Assembly (NCBI GenBank): GCA_030141605.1
Contig: JAQGDQ010000056.1
Coordinates: 62,001 to 126,000, forward strand
From: Tubiluchus corallicola
Lineage: Eukaryota; Animalia; Priapulida
Direction of reading: 5' to 3'
DNA: 64,000 nucleotides
In this document: in pieces, positions 51,937-64,000 of the stretch
Layout: each line of letters begins with the position of its first letter
Position numbering within the stretch: position 1 is the stretch's first letter
Notes under the pieces: model-generated
What the model was told of the DNA's origin: nothing
Databases searched by the model: none
The model's input: the letters and a program-made list of their open reading frames with translations, nothing else
Made by a program: the position numbers and the translations under genes

Positions 51937-52130
51937 CTTGATGAAAAATCAAAACAGGATATCTTTGGATTTACATTAGAAGCTCACTATGGTTCCAACA
52001 GGAACTCATAGATTTAAATACCATTAGTAACTGTTACTAACTGGCAACAGTGGCAAGTAACTGCCAGATTTAAATGCCAGACGCGTGGAAAAAGTGAGGC
52101 AACATTGGACGCCATATTTTTAATACAAAT
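51937..52130 (-). promoter_or_regulatory. Candidate non-coding first exon and promoter of paxillin, with a YY1-type motif
   Basis: Donor AAG|GTAAAG at 51936. CGCCATATT at 52110-52118 reads AATATGGCG on the minus strand, the orientation typical just downstream of a TSS. The paxillin frame has an upstream in-frame TGA. Confidence 0.45.
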
Positions 52131-52199
52131 TTTGTGGTCTGTTGTATAAATAGGTCATAAAAAATTGATTATAAAAAACTAATGTTTCACAATTTAATA

Positions 52200-52880
52200 A
52201 ATTCAAGGAGTCTAGGGATAGCCGAAGGGCAATGAAGGGGTAAAAAAGAAATAAAAAGCAGTTGGACAAAATCATTAAATGGTTGGAAAAGCAGTATGAC
52301 TTGGAAGTGCGAAGTTACTTTAAGTTAAAAAGTCAGCATGGAAAAAACAAGTTAAAGAAAAACTATAAAAAGAAATGCCATAGAAGAGATAAGTCAAAGA
52401 TAAAGTTGAGGTTTTTATATTGTATAGAGGACAGACCAAAATTAACAAACTGACACAAGACGAGGTGAATGCAGCAGTAGAAATTAAATTAAATATGTTG
52501 TTAATCAAGAAAAATTACAAAAGTAAACTGAAAGAAGACTAGAGGTGTCCTGTATGCAAAAAGGAAGATCTGAACATCTGCTGGAATGCGAGGTAATAAA
52601 AAGTAGTCACCAAACCAAGAAAAAATTTTCAAGAAATAATGGATCCATAAAAAGCGTAAACGTTAAGGAAATTGCTAGAAAGTTTTCATATGGCAATGGA
52701 TATGAGAAAAATAAGGGGTTTGGAGATAATATTACGAAAAGAAGAACAAAGGAAAACAGAAGGACAGTGCTGGTTAAAAAGTTATTTGTGTCTCACACAT
52801 GGACAGAGTCTTAGTGCCTATCCAGATCAGACAGTGTGGACACAGTGGAACAACGATAGATAGTAATCATAGATATAATA
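52200..52880 (+). mobile_element. 3' fragment of a non-LTR retrotransposon (C-terminal zinc-knuckle region and 3' UTR), degraded
   Basis: Across frameshifts it reads IKLNMLLIKKNYKSK...CPVCKKE..EHLLEC, a CX2C..H...C motif typical of the end of LINE ORF2. The sense strand is strongly A-rich. Confidence 0.65.
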
Positions 52881-52947
52881 TCCTCTATAAGATACAATCG
52901 TTAGAATTGTTGAAGCCTGTGCTCTGCTTCCTGTGATTCCTCATAAT

Positions 52948-53325
52948 TAGGGGTGAGCATTCTCTACCAGAAACTGAATTCGAATCGAATTTGTGACTTT
53001 CGAATTCGAATCAAACTGAATTTCAGTATTTCGAATATGGATTCGAATTTAGTTTGAAAGATTTTCGAACCAGTTTTCGAACCACTAGTAAAAAGTGGTC
53101 TTACAAAGATCATGCATAATACTTGATTTTGTTTTTCAGTAAAATCGGCGTTAGTTTGTTAAAAGTTTTGCACAGAAACTGCAGCTAAATTGTGTTAAGT
53201 GCATACTTTTTCAAACATTTTAATGAGAAAGAACGTGTGTGGCTGGAATACTGAATTATTCAAATCTATGATTTCAGGTTCGAATCGAATTCGAACTTAA
53301 AAAGCTCGTTCGAATCGAATTCGGG
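52948..53325. mobile_element. Partial hAT-type MITE related to 11327-12143
   Basis: Starts TAGGGGTGAGCAT and has dense TTCGAA/GAATTC subterminal repeats. A second end and TSD were not found. Confidence 0.6.
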
Positions 53326-54341
53326 TTAACTGTCCACTGTATCAGGATATTACGATTTTTAAGCATATCTCAACGTAGTTGCACATTTTGTGCAGTACTT
53401 AAGTATCGTATATCGTCATTTTCCACATCTTTTATCGACACACCTGATTCATTATTATTATACCAGTTTCTAATGGTTTCACCTTCAAATAAATTTTCTG
53501 TCTTGTCATCATTTAGATCAAGTGACTGCTCGAGAGTCGATGCTGGATACTATCGTGGTTGCGTACGAACAGCGAAATCAGAAGTTCGCGAAATTGTACA
53601 AAAAAGATCTCCCGTCACTTATTTAATTTTTTGTTGGGCGTTATTTAGCGCTTTGGCCGCTTACCGCACACTTACGTAGTGCATTGCTTTATTAATTATT
53701 AGTGAGTACTTGGCCCAACTCGTGGTCTAGTGAATATACGCGCAATTTGGGCTGGCCCATAATAGCGTGCGTCCAGAGGGGCCATGGGCTGCCTAAATAC
53801 TGCAGAAAAAGAACCTGTGCCATACTAAAAGCTTTTAAAACGCGTGGAGCTTGATGATATAATCATAGTTTTCCTTTTTATTTAGTAATGACAAATATTA
53901 AAATACTACAAAATTTCAGTTTTAAATTTAATAATTGTTATAACAATTTGAGCAATCAGGATTAGCAATTGGTTTCCAATGCATAGTAAATGCATACTTC
54001 TTACGCTTGAAAAGGCCTGAAAGACCTAATTATAGGTGGTAATAAATATTAATAATTATCCTTTGTTTAGCATCTCATTTGAATTTTGCTGCATATGAGA
54101 CACATGCATGTGGACAAGTGAGATGTTTATCTCTTTATTAAAATACTTTTTCTCTGCAGTATGTGTATGGGACTAATGAGCCATTTACCTCTTAATCAGT
54201 GTTTTGTAATGCAAGTGTTGCTCTTTAGCCAATTCTGCCAACTTTTGCCACTAAATTATAATTACTATGCTCTGTTATTATACTGTAGCATCTGTACAGG
54301 TTAATTATTGGTAATGTCTGTAATTGCATTTTCTAAACCTG

Positions 54342-54449
54342 AACCCAATTTCACAAAGCCGTCATTAACTTAACGACGCCTTTATTAATAGTATAAATGA
54401 ATATAATAACGACGTTGTTAACTTATTGACGGCTTTGTGAAACCAGCCC
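54342..54449. mobile_element. Short hairpin MITE, Harbinger-like
   Basis: Inverted repeats tttcacaaagccgtcattaacttaacgacg / cgttgttaacttattgacggctttgtgaaa, flanked by CTG on both sides. Confidence 0.7.
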
Positions 54450-55009
54450 CTGATTTCACCCCCAGAGACGGACAAAACCTGTTAGTTGAGATTATATTTA
54501 TCTCACAGTGTCTTGCACATATGATTGTGACCCAAGCATGAATAAATGTGCATGATACGCATAGTATACTTTGTAGATGGCTTAACTGCCTACCAATTAA
54601 TGCACTTTTGTACAGTTTTCGTTTCTCTATAGTTGACAATATATATACAAGCATACGCGGAGTATTTTTACTCATAAACAGCTTTACTCAAAGTTGCCTT
54701 TAAATTGGGGCCTACAGTACATTGTTAGATCGCAGTTTTGATTTTGACAGCAATTAAAAGTGCCATTACAATGAAATAGGCCTAGCTATTTTATTTCATT
54801 ATAATTTATCCCTTGTTAATAAAAGTATTGCATCATTGTGATTATCATAGACGTTAATAAGATAAATAATTCAAGTTCTTTGGTTATTAAATTGATCACT
54901 GAATTCTATAATGCACGCATAACAGATAAAACAGCATTAAATGCAGTTTCTGCAAACTCCGCAACTCTTTACACGAAATGAGTGAGAAATAAAAAAGTTC
55001 GCTTAAAAT

Positions 55010-55492
55010 TTTGATTAAAGGAAGACCGGATGATTCTTCATATGCTACCCCATTTTCAAGTCCGATAAAAAGTATACATTTTAACACAGTTAATACTGCA
55101 AAAGCATTGCTGATAATTAAATAATAGATTAAAAACTTAATTAATGGCGGGTGGGCCTCTGCAACTATTGATCACATCACAAACTAGCATAAACGTCATA
55201 AACATGTACTCACGCATGAGCTGTCGAATGTGCGTAGTTCGTCACAATCTAACACAACTGAACTGAGAGGTACAGCACTTGTTTTTGTACAATGCTTTTC
55301 TGAAATGCTGGCGCTAGTGTCTGTCTAACTAACGAATGGCGAAATGCATGTAACATCGAAGAACCAATGGCGCGAAAGTGAAAATTTTAATTATGTTTGT
55401 GTGGTAATAATTCTTTCAATGTTTCCTTTCAATATTTCAAAGAGTAGATTGTATTAAGCTGCAGTTTAAGACTGAGTCCACTTTTGCCTTTA
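55010..55492. mobile_element. Dispersed repeat, copy 2 (same family as 15826-16412)
   Basis: Colinear similarity with 15826-16412 in the same orientation. Confidence 0.75.
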
Positions 55493-56440
55493 TAATTAAT
55501 TTTCACGAATGAATGAAACCAGAAAATACATACCACTACGGTTGAAAAAGTGCGGTACATCGGTAACTACACTTGTTTTCCATAGTTTGCACATGCGTAA
55601 TAGTGCAAGTGCGGTATATGGGCTAATGTACTAAACGGCGCCCAACAGTCGCTGCTTGGCGGAACTCATACATTTTATAAAAAAAACATAAATAAAATTT
55701 GCAATAGACACTACGATAGAGATTAGATTGCATTAGGCAGTAATCCTTCGAATGACTTTGGCTTGCAACTGTGCAAAAGGTGAAGAATTTATGTTTCCCG
55801 GAATTATTTTAAGTAAGTTGCTTAATAATTATTTAGGTCATAAAATTTACTTAGTCAGTGTTAGGTCCAGTCTCACGGCCGGCTGTACCATGAACAAACT
55901 AGGCATTGTAGAAGAAATTTGTACTTTCAAGGCCTGAAAAATTTATGTGCTCCCCTGTTTAAAATTTGAGCTGGAGCTTTGCAATTCAGTATAATATTAA
56001 CAGTATTCCCGCAACGAAATTATTTCTAAAGTAATGGTAGTTAAATAAAGTAGTTTCTACTTTCGTTCTACCTGGTCCATTTGGGGTACCAGTTGGTGGG
56101 TGAGAGGGTGCGCTAAAATGTATATGCTTAGGGTGTCAAATTACCTAGAGCCGGACAAACTTGTTTGTAAAGTATAGACTATAGTAATTTTAAATGATAC
56201 AGATATTGGGCTTAATAATTCAAAATTTTTTGTACGCATTCTGGTCCGCTATCATGCCTTTATCATAGGTTTTGTGCATTTCCACACACTGCACGCTTAT
56301 TCCCTTACTCAAATGCAGGGCCTACTCATCAAGATATTTGTGGCATGACTGGAATCTGGATCACTGGATAGGGCAGGATATCCTTCTAAAATGAACAAAT
56401 GGCATATCAAAAAATATCTGACTTACGGCCACGTTCTGAT

Positions 56441-57256
56441 TAGGGACAGCACTATGTTTCATTACCCAGGAACTTCGGGTTCGGATACCCAGTTTTACTT
56501 TAACTGCTTTGTATCCGATTCTGGTTTGGAAAAACCATTCATAATTCGTGTCTACTCAGTTTAAGGAGCAAATCAGTGCCCTAAAATTTATGTAATTTCC
56601 TTTCTTACCGGTTTAACCTTTAATAATTTAAGTTAAATTTTGCGATGTGCGTTTCGCCTTGTTGACACTTTTAGTGTAATCGCAAAGTTCCATAAATGTT
56701 ACGAGCTACATAAATTATTCGTCAAGTGAATGTCCGACCAGTGCTATTTTCAACAGTGATGCATCATATGCAAGATTTCGGGTATTGTGCTTCTAAACAC
56801 TGACAGCATTTTACCACTCATTGTGTTTAATTTCCTTTTAGTACTTTCTAAAGTTTAGAAAGTGCAATCGTAAAATACACGAAAATTTTTCTGAGTTCTT
56901 TGTACATAGTAGCATGCACATTTTACTTAGTAATAGCATTATTTTCTAGATGGCAGTAAACAAAGATGAAAACAAGTTGAACGTGAACTAAGGCAAAAAC
57001 TAAAAATATGAATTAAAATCTTAACTGTGTTTAGCAAGACTATTATGTTTAAACAAAACATCCATTGTTTCTAAGATTCTAAAATGAAAAACCTAACTGG
57101 CATTAATTTACAAGATATGGATTCAATCTGATATTAAAAATTTAAAGCAAATTAAAGATTCGGATTCGGTTCAGATTCGCTTCGGTTTTGGAAATGTAGC
57201 AAAAATGAGCTTCTTATTCTATTTCTTTTGGTAAATTAAGCTGCGTGCCACCTCTA
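56441..57256. mobile_element. Non-autonomous hAT-type DNA transposon (MITE), 816 bp
   Basis: Ends TAGGGACAGCAC...GTGCCACCTCTA, with subterminal TTCGG/ATTCGG repeats. Perfect 8-bp TSD gttctgat (56433-56440 and 57257-57264). Confidence 0.85.
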
Positions 57257-58102
57257 GTTCTGATGTATGCATCCTCCCACTACGAGTTAAAGGTTTATGA
57301 ATGATTAGGGGGAGATCGGCGTGAGTTTTGTATACTTAAGTTTTACAATGACTACATAACACTCGCATTAATAAATTAATGCTGCGCCTATGTTAAGTGA
57401 CAGTAAACTGAGGTACTTCGCTGTAGCTAGTCTTCATTTAATATTACCAAATAAAATTACTTTTGAAGAAATGGGTCAATATGCCCAACTTTTTTATAAC
57501 CATATTTTTAATGGCAAAAATAAATAACCTTTGGCCACAATTAGTATTGGTACAAAGGCCTTAGGAAGAAGAAATGGCATACAGTACAGGTAATGCAGCT
57601 AATATAAGTGAACGGACATATAGTTAATGTTACTGTGTTATGTACTATTAAGCAAAAGCATCTGTACAATCTGTGCTACCTTAATGAAGGAAGATCAGTT
57701 TGTATTTTTTATGAATGTCTGAACAATATCAAATATAATTATATTTTTGTCACGGTTTAAAAGGGTACTACCATTTAAGAGAAGACTCATTACAGATTCA
57801 GTATCCAAGAGAATAACGTTAAATGAAAAAATATTACTCACAAGAGAATACTGTTACATGGAATAAGAAAAATATTATTTATTCACAAGAGAATAATGTT
57901 AAATGGAATAATATTATCTAACTACCAATTGGATACGTTGCATATAAGTTGCTGTCTGCTTACAGCATGTAGAGGGCATTCGAGCAAATAATGGGTAACA
58001 GTTTCAGTATGATAACTCATGAACTTTTTTACCAATAATATTACAACTAGAGTCTTTTCAGCTATGCATATTTAAATGACAATTAAGCCGAGGAAAACCT
58101 AT

Positions 58103-58414
58103 TATAGGTTTTACACGTCAAATGTAGACACAGGAAAGTTCAAATGTGACTTAGGTAAGTCAAATGTAGACATAGGAATTTCGAATGTGTTTTGGTAACT
58201 CGAATGTGACTTAGGTAAGTCAAATGTAGACATAGGAAATTTGACTTGACATGTGTCTACATTTGACTTTCCAAAAACGCTTAAGAATTCTTGAAAACCA
58301 TTGTTAACACATCTGAACTACCTAAGTCTACATTTGAGTTACCACGACACATTTGAATTACCTAAATCTACATTTGAGTTAACGTAGGTCTACATTTGGC
58401 ATGTAAAACCTATA
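58103..58414. mobile_element. Palindromic MITE with internal ~21-bp subrepeats
   Basis: TIRs TATAGGTTTTACACGTCAAATGTAGAC / GTCTACATTTGGCATGTAAAACCTATA. The left half repeats caaatgtagac and the right half repeats gtctacatttg. Confidence 0.85.
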
Positions 58415-61400
58415 TTAAGTGAGCATGGTATACATAGTTGGGAATTGTACCATGAGCTCAATGTTTAGGTCTGTTTACGAAATCAATGTAATAACGTTTA
58501 AAGTTACAGATAAGGTTGGTAATTGTACATAAGAAGAAAGCTTATTCTATTTGGACACAGCCAAAAGGAAAGAGAACGTAATCAAAATGAGCACAAACAA
58601 ACTAAGGTTATTATGATTTTTTAACAAATAAGCAGATGATTCTGTATCAGTAGGGAGCAGTATAATTCATACAGAAAAAGTAGACACAAGTCTGTTGACA
58701 ATTTTGTAAAAATATATAAAGTTTATGAAAAAGTCTTCTTTAGGTAGCATTTCAAAAATGCCCAACATACCCTAGTCACTGAAGGAGTTGGGCTACCATC
58801 TTTCGTTTGGTATCGTAGCCCATCTCACCTAGGCTAGGCCTAGGTTGAGTTCAGCATATTGACTATTCCCTGAGTAGTTGCTGCTTAACATTTTCAGTGA
58901 CTGTACTGCTTTATAAAACTTACTGGAAAAAGTGGTCATGTGAAAAAGTTGGAGAACATGTTGTATCTGAATCAGGGCTAGGGACCTCTCGCTTACAACG
59001 TGAGCACCAGTGATCATGACTGGCCTTAATTCAATCTTTATAGCTGCCTCTGCCTATATTTGCTTTTTTGCAAAATGAAATTAGTATCCTAGGCCGTGCG
59101 TGAGATGGGCTACAATTTTCAACTCCTCGGTTAGATGACAGCTTTATAGCGACTAGGTACCCATTGTCTTTACGCACAGAAAGTGGACTATGTGACTTAA
59201 GACAGCAGACTTGAAGAACAGTTGGTTCACTGCAAAGCCAGCTTCTTTCACCCCTTTGTATTATTATTGTCAATTTGTCAAGCTCATTAGCATTTTTCAA
59301 TTAAATGTATTCAACTATTCATCACTAGCGGTCTAAGCCGGCCTTTGTCCACGTATTGTGATAAACATGTTGTAAAGGAGTTCAGCTAGCTAATATTGTT
59401 CTGCAAGAACAGTATTGACTGAATGAGGTGAGTTGGGGCTGCTAGCCACAATGTTTTTTCTAATCATTTTTAGTATCATGTAATTATGTATAATTTAGAG
59501 CACAAGAAAACCCTCAACTTACATAAAGCTTAAAAATTCGTCTTGAAATACCACTTATGCACTGCCTTTTCGCATAATTGATTTGCGTCAGTAATAATGC
59601 TGTATAAAACGTATAAATTTAAACTCCCGCAATGATCATTAAATGCATCCATTTTGGTGATAAGTCATTTGAAACAAGTTTAGATAACATTCTGTATGTA
59701 AAGTTTGAAAAAATAATCAGAGCATTTGCAACACACACGTCACTAACGAAGTAAAGTTTAAAATTACTGTATCTTGTCAATAAGATTAAAAATATATTTT
59801 TGGTTAGTAAGTGATGCACCTTAGAGGGTGAGTCAGCGACATTTTACCAATTGGTGAAAGCATTTTAAATAATTAATAATTTTCTTTTCTAGTTACATAC
59901 ATCTTTCAAGCAGGTAAGCGAAATGCTAAGTAATATAATTTTGCGTGAAAAGTTTTTTGAGACATAGTTTAACATCTAGTTTTCTTCCTCTGATTTACAT
60001 ATTTATAAGTGACGTCATGTAATGGCGCTGTCGGAACAGTGTTGCGGGAAGCCTAAAATAAAACAAACAAAAAATCCTTTCAACGCGAGTGCGACATACG
60101 CATAAAATTGCTATAAAGTAATATAATCTCTTAAGGTGATTTTTCTGAAACCTACTTTAGATACCCCTTTTCTTGTACCTTTAGAAACATTGAATTAGAG
60201 TGAATGTAAATGAATTAGTGTTGAGGCACAGTAACTAAAAATTTTGTATACTGTAGGCTATAAAACCACACTTGCAGTACAAAACTTGTAACCAAGCATA
60301 GCACTACAGTTACTATGAAACCTTTACAGTGTAATTGTAACAATTGTTTTAAATGTGTGTACAGTTCTTTTAGCAATGACTCGTATCTGATAACAGAATG
60401 CAATCTTTTATCAATTATAGAAATATAGCTTCTTAAAGAATACTAGATAAGTTTTATAGGCCTTCTGACAAATTATAAGGACTTAACTACATGAAGCTTA
60501 AAGACACCTCCCAATTATTGGAGGATTTCAATATATTTCTTGCTGCATTTAAGCCTTTCTTTACAAAAGTCCCATGTTCATTTCTGTACAATTCTTGCCG
60601 ACATTTCTGTTTATTTCAGTACATTTGTGAAGAACAGATTCCATTCCTAGATTCCCAAGCTGCGAATGGCACTTGATTGTTTTCTGGTTTCATGATATTT
60701 TCTTTATTTTGCCGAATCTGTTGGTTCATGCCATCTTGTGTAAATGTCAAGTGTCCTGTTTTATGCCCAATTTACGTTTTCCAATCAGTCTTTTTTATGG
60801 GGTTGAAGCTTTTTGTGTGTAAAATTCCACCTTTTACTGGCAGTTGGAAAACCACAGACAATTTAAGAATGTGTAGGTAGTTTGCACATCATTTATATTG
60901 CTTCGCTTGGCGGATTTAGTGGTCTCTCTTGTTAGTGACTCGTTTCAGTAGCTGACTTTGAAATGCTATGGTCAGACTGTTAAGCTGTTTTAACATCCAG
61001 ATAATGCTTGCCAAAAACATATCATTAACATTAATATTAGCACTTTGGCAATTTTGCATTAAACAATTTTGTATTTATCGTAGTTTGTTGTTTTAAAAGC
61101 TAGCATTAGTGTAAAATCTAAGCCAAATACGGCTGAATAAAAATATTAGTGACAAATATACGTGTATTACCAAGTCATTTGGGTAATCTTTGTAGCATTT
61201 TATTGGCTTGTTTCTATATTCTACAGCCGCTTAATAACGGCAATATATACGTGTAGCAATGAATAGTGAATTTTCCATTTTCCCAGAACACATAAAATCA
61301 ACTATAAAATAATAGACGACAAAAGCTGAATAAAATAGCTGAATAATGAAACCTGTTTGGATTTAGATCTGCCTATACAGGCAGCACCATTAGAATTTGT

Positions 61401-61689
61401 AACTTTTGGGAAACTATAGATGTTCTCAAATGTAAAGAAAAGCTGAACTGATGTAAACTGACAGCTGAAGCTGCAGAGCAGCAATTTCAAATTCAAAACT
61501 AAAGTAACGTTAATCATTTTGTCAAAAATGAGCTAATATTTGTACATAAAAAACAAATAAATAAAGAGCAAAATATAGATCTAGCTTAATTATACAGATG
61601 TTCTGCAATTGTGATATCTTATTTTAAAACCCAAGATTATATCACAGCCACTGAGATTAAGACATCCTCAGGTGACCAGTTGGTGATCA

Positions 61690-61947
61690 CACGGTTTAGT
61701 CTAGTGGTAACACGTCCGCTTTCCATCTGGGAGGTTGTGAGTTCAATACAGCGGCTGGGTCGTACTAAAGACTTTAAAAATTGCACGTGCTGTTGCCCTG
61801 CATGGTATTTAGGGTAAAAGTGGGTAATAATAGTTTCTGTTATGTAGTTGTAGATTGTTATTTACAGTCGGCCCAAAAGTTCTTTGGAGCTTGTTTTAAC
61901 TGCTAATCCTAAAAGCCGACTTTAAACAAAGATTATTATTATTATTA
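61690..61947 (+). mobile_element. tRNA-derived SINE with (TTA)n tail
   Basis: A box TAGTCTAGTGG, degenerate B box GAGTTCAATAC, central GGTCGTACTAAAGACTTTAAAAATTG...CCCTGC segment and a (ATT)5 tail. Confidence 0.8.
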
Positions 61948-63499
61948 GGTTCGCAACTTTGTTCCATCTTGCAAGTAAACATCCATTCTGCAAATATTTT
62001 TCAATTCCCTTCGCAATTTCATATATATTTCCTGGACAATATTTTGCTGGACACCTGATACACACAGTTTTATCCTAGATAATATAAAATTAAAAGTGCT
62101 TCATGTTGGTTTCCTTTGGGAACTTGAAAATGGAATATGTGTTGCATGTTCACTAATACAGTACTAGTACTTAATACTTGACTTATCAAGCTTAACATAC
62201 GCAACTTACTAATCGAAATGTGCCAAATGTGTGCAAGTTACTCGTACTAGCACTGCTAGTCTGGCTCTGTTGGCAACTTAGAAAATAAATTGTAGTTGAA
62301 TGGCTGTTGTTGCTTAATTTAATTCGCACAAACTAAATTGCATAACATCGGCAACCCTATTTCAACAATCTGCTCTTATATTCCCCTATTTGATGTCTTT
62401 CAGAAATTTTCATTTACTTATTGTCTGTGGATTTTGTGACTAATATAACTTGGCATATGTCACTGGTGGCATCCTTCTTGCTGTTGATCACATTGTGAAT
62501 GTTGACTGACACCAACTACATGCCAATAATTACAGTAAGAATCCCTGGAGTCGTCAATCAAGTTTTGCCATCAGTGTTCAGTGAACTCTGGGTGTTGAGG
62601 AATTATTATTTATCAACATGGGTTTATTATTTGCAGCTGAAATTGTTGATTTAATTTGTAAATTCGTTTTTCTGATGTGTCCTATTCTCGTCATTTCTAA
62701 ATGACATGAGTTCCTGCTCTGAAATGAGTGACTAGAGGAATGATGGTTAAGTGTTATTTACTTGCTTGGCATTTCTTAAGTTGGCCTCTCTTTTACATAA
62801 TACATAGAAATAGCATTTCCGTTGATTTTTATAGTTCATCTGTTTTCTAGTTTTTTCAAATCTTATTGTTATTTCAAATCTTAGTAGTTGACCATTTTTC
62901 ATTTTCTCTGAAATTTTTGACTCTGCCCTAGTCGAAAATTTACGTAGAACAATTTTTGCATGCTTAAGAGTGGTGTCTGCACTGTTATTATGTTTTGTTT
63001 TAGGCATTTGGTAATTTTTGATGGTTGAGTATGCTGTTTGTTTTCTCCAGTTCTTTCAAGGACCTTGCTTTGACTTATCTGAGAAGATAATGAGATAACG
63101 GCTAACTCGCCTTTGAGCTTTGGGTCGTTTCTGTTAATTAAACCAATTGTAGGTTTCCTCTAAGCTCAAGGGGCACTTTATTCCTAATGAGAAGCTTTGA
63201 CACTAATGCAGCTGATGTATGCAAGTATCATCATTGAAGGATGTTACCATTTGCCAAATGTTGTTCATTCTGACAGTGCTTCATAACTTAACTGGATCAT
63301 CCACTTTTATCTGTTTTATGAACTGTTGCTGGCTGCACATTCTGCAGTGAGGTTAATTAATAACCCAAATCTGCGATAATTTAGTGATAATTCTGTGATA
63401 ATTTAGCAGTTGGCACTGCTGCCTGGCTCAAGTTCACTTTTAAGGACTCAGACTCAGTTGTTAGAGACTTGGCTACACTGAATTTGAACTGCTGGCGTC

Positions 63500-63548
63500 A
63501 TTATCATCATCATCATCACCATCACGTCACCACTATCATTATCATCAT
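63500..63548. repeat. Imperfect (CAT)n microsatellite
   Basis: Direct inspection. Confidence 0.75.
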
Positions 63549-64000
63549 TTAAACTGCTTTTATGTATCCTGCTTTTTACCTAATGTTATACTATATTTTA
63601 ATGTAGCAGTTTGCTCATTGACTTTGCTATAATGTAATCTAATGGAAATCTATTCTTAGCGATTCCATTGTGTTGCTTGCGCATAGACTATCTGTAATAA
63701 AAAATATAATTCCAACAACTAAATATAGTGTTACAAAAACCGTTTATTACAACTTTGAGCGCTTTTCGCTTATTTTGGGAGGTTTAATATTTCTTTCAGT
63801 TGCACCTGCATTTATTAAGCTGTGTCTGAGATTAACTTGAACAGTATGTCCTACTCAGCAGCTGCTGCCATTTGCTTGGCTACCTCCATTTACCATACTG
63901 ATTATTAAATTCAGAACCACATCTAGTTCTGGATTTCATGGCTTCTAACTCAAAACGACAGTGCGTCTTATATTTGCTGTACTTATTATTGTTTACTATG

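Noticed and set aside
58103-58414. CRISPR-like array of ~21-bp repeats
   Set aside because: There are no unique spacers, the repeats are inverted between the two halves, the context is eukaryotic and no cas genes are present. It is a MITE.
61690-61765. tRNA gene
   Set aside because: The B box is degenerate, there is no proper acceptor stem, and it continues into a SINE body and simple-repeat tail.
60490-63350. Purine-skewed stretches (60490-60960, 62750-63350) resembling decayed retroelement ORFs
   Set aside because: No diagnostic motif was recognised. They are probably old repeats but cannot be assigned by eye.

Overview
AT-rich animal (probably invertebrate) genomic DNA with spliceosomal introns, not prokaryotic sequence, so most short ORFs in the track are noise or shadows. 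Three protein-coding genes can be built by hand with consistent GT-AG sites and phases. (1) A PTPN3/PTPN4 (PTP-MEG)-type FERM-PDZ-tyrosine phosphatase on the minus strand with a fully intronless 897-aa CDS (5088-7781) and an intron only in the 5' UTR. (2) A very large multi-C2H2 zinc-finger gene on the plus strand (ATG 18423, stop 34951, about 4126 aa) whose first coding exon is about 10.9 kb and whose N-terminal part carries repeated LSDGEI motifs. (3) Paxillin on the minus strand (9 coding exons, LD2-LD5 plus 4 LIM domains). As visible here it starts at the Met equivalent to vertebrate paxillin-delta, and no LD1 was found. Intergenic and intronic DNA holds many transposon relics: LINE RT fragments, a Gypsy integrase remnant, hAT MITEs with 8-bp TSDs, foldback/palindromic MITEs, a tRNA-derived SINE, and tandem repeats with degenerate hammerhead-like cores. 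No clearly new biological system could be established. The best leads are listed as findings. All calls come from reading the sequence and none has been checked by a database search.
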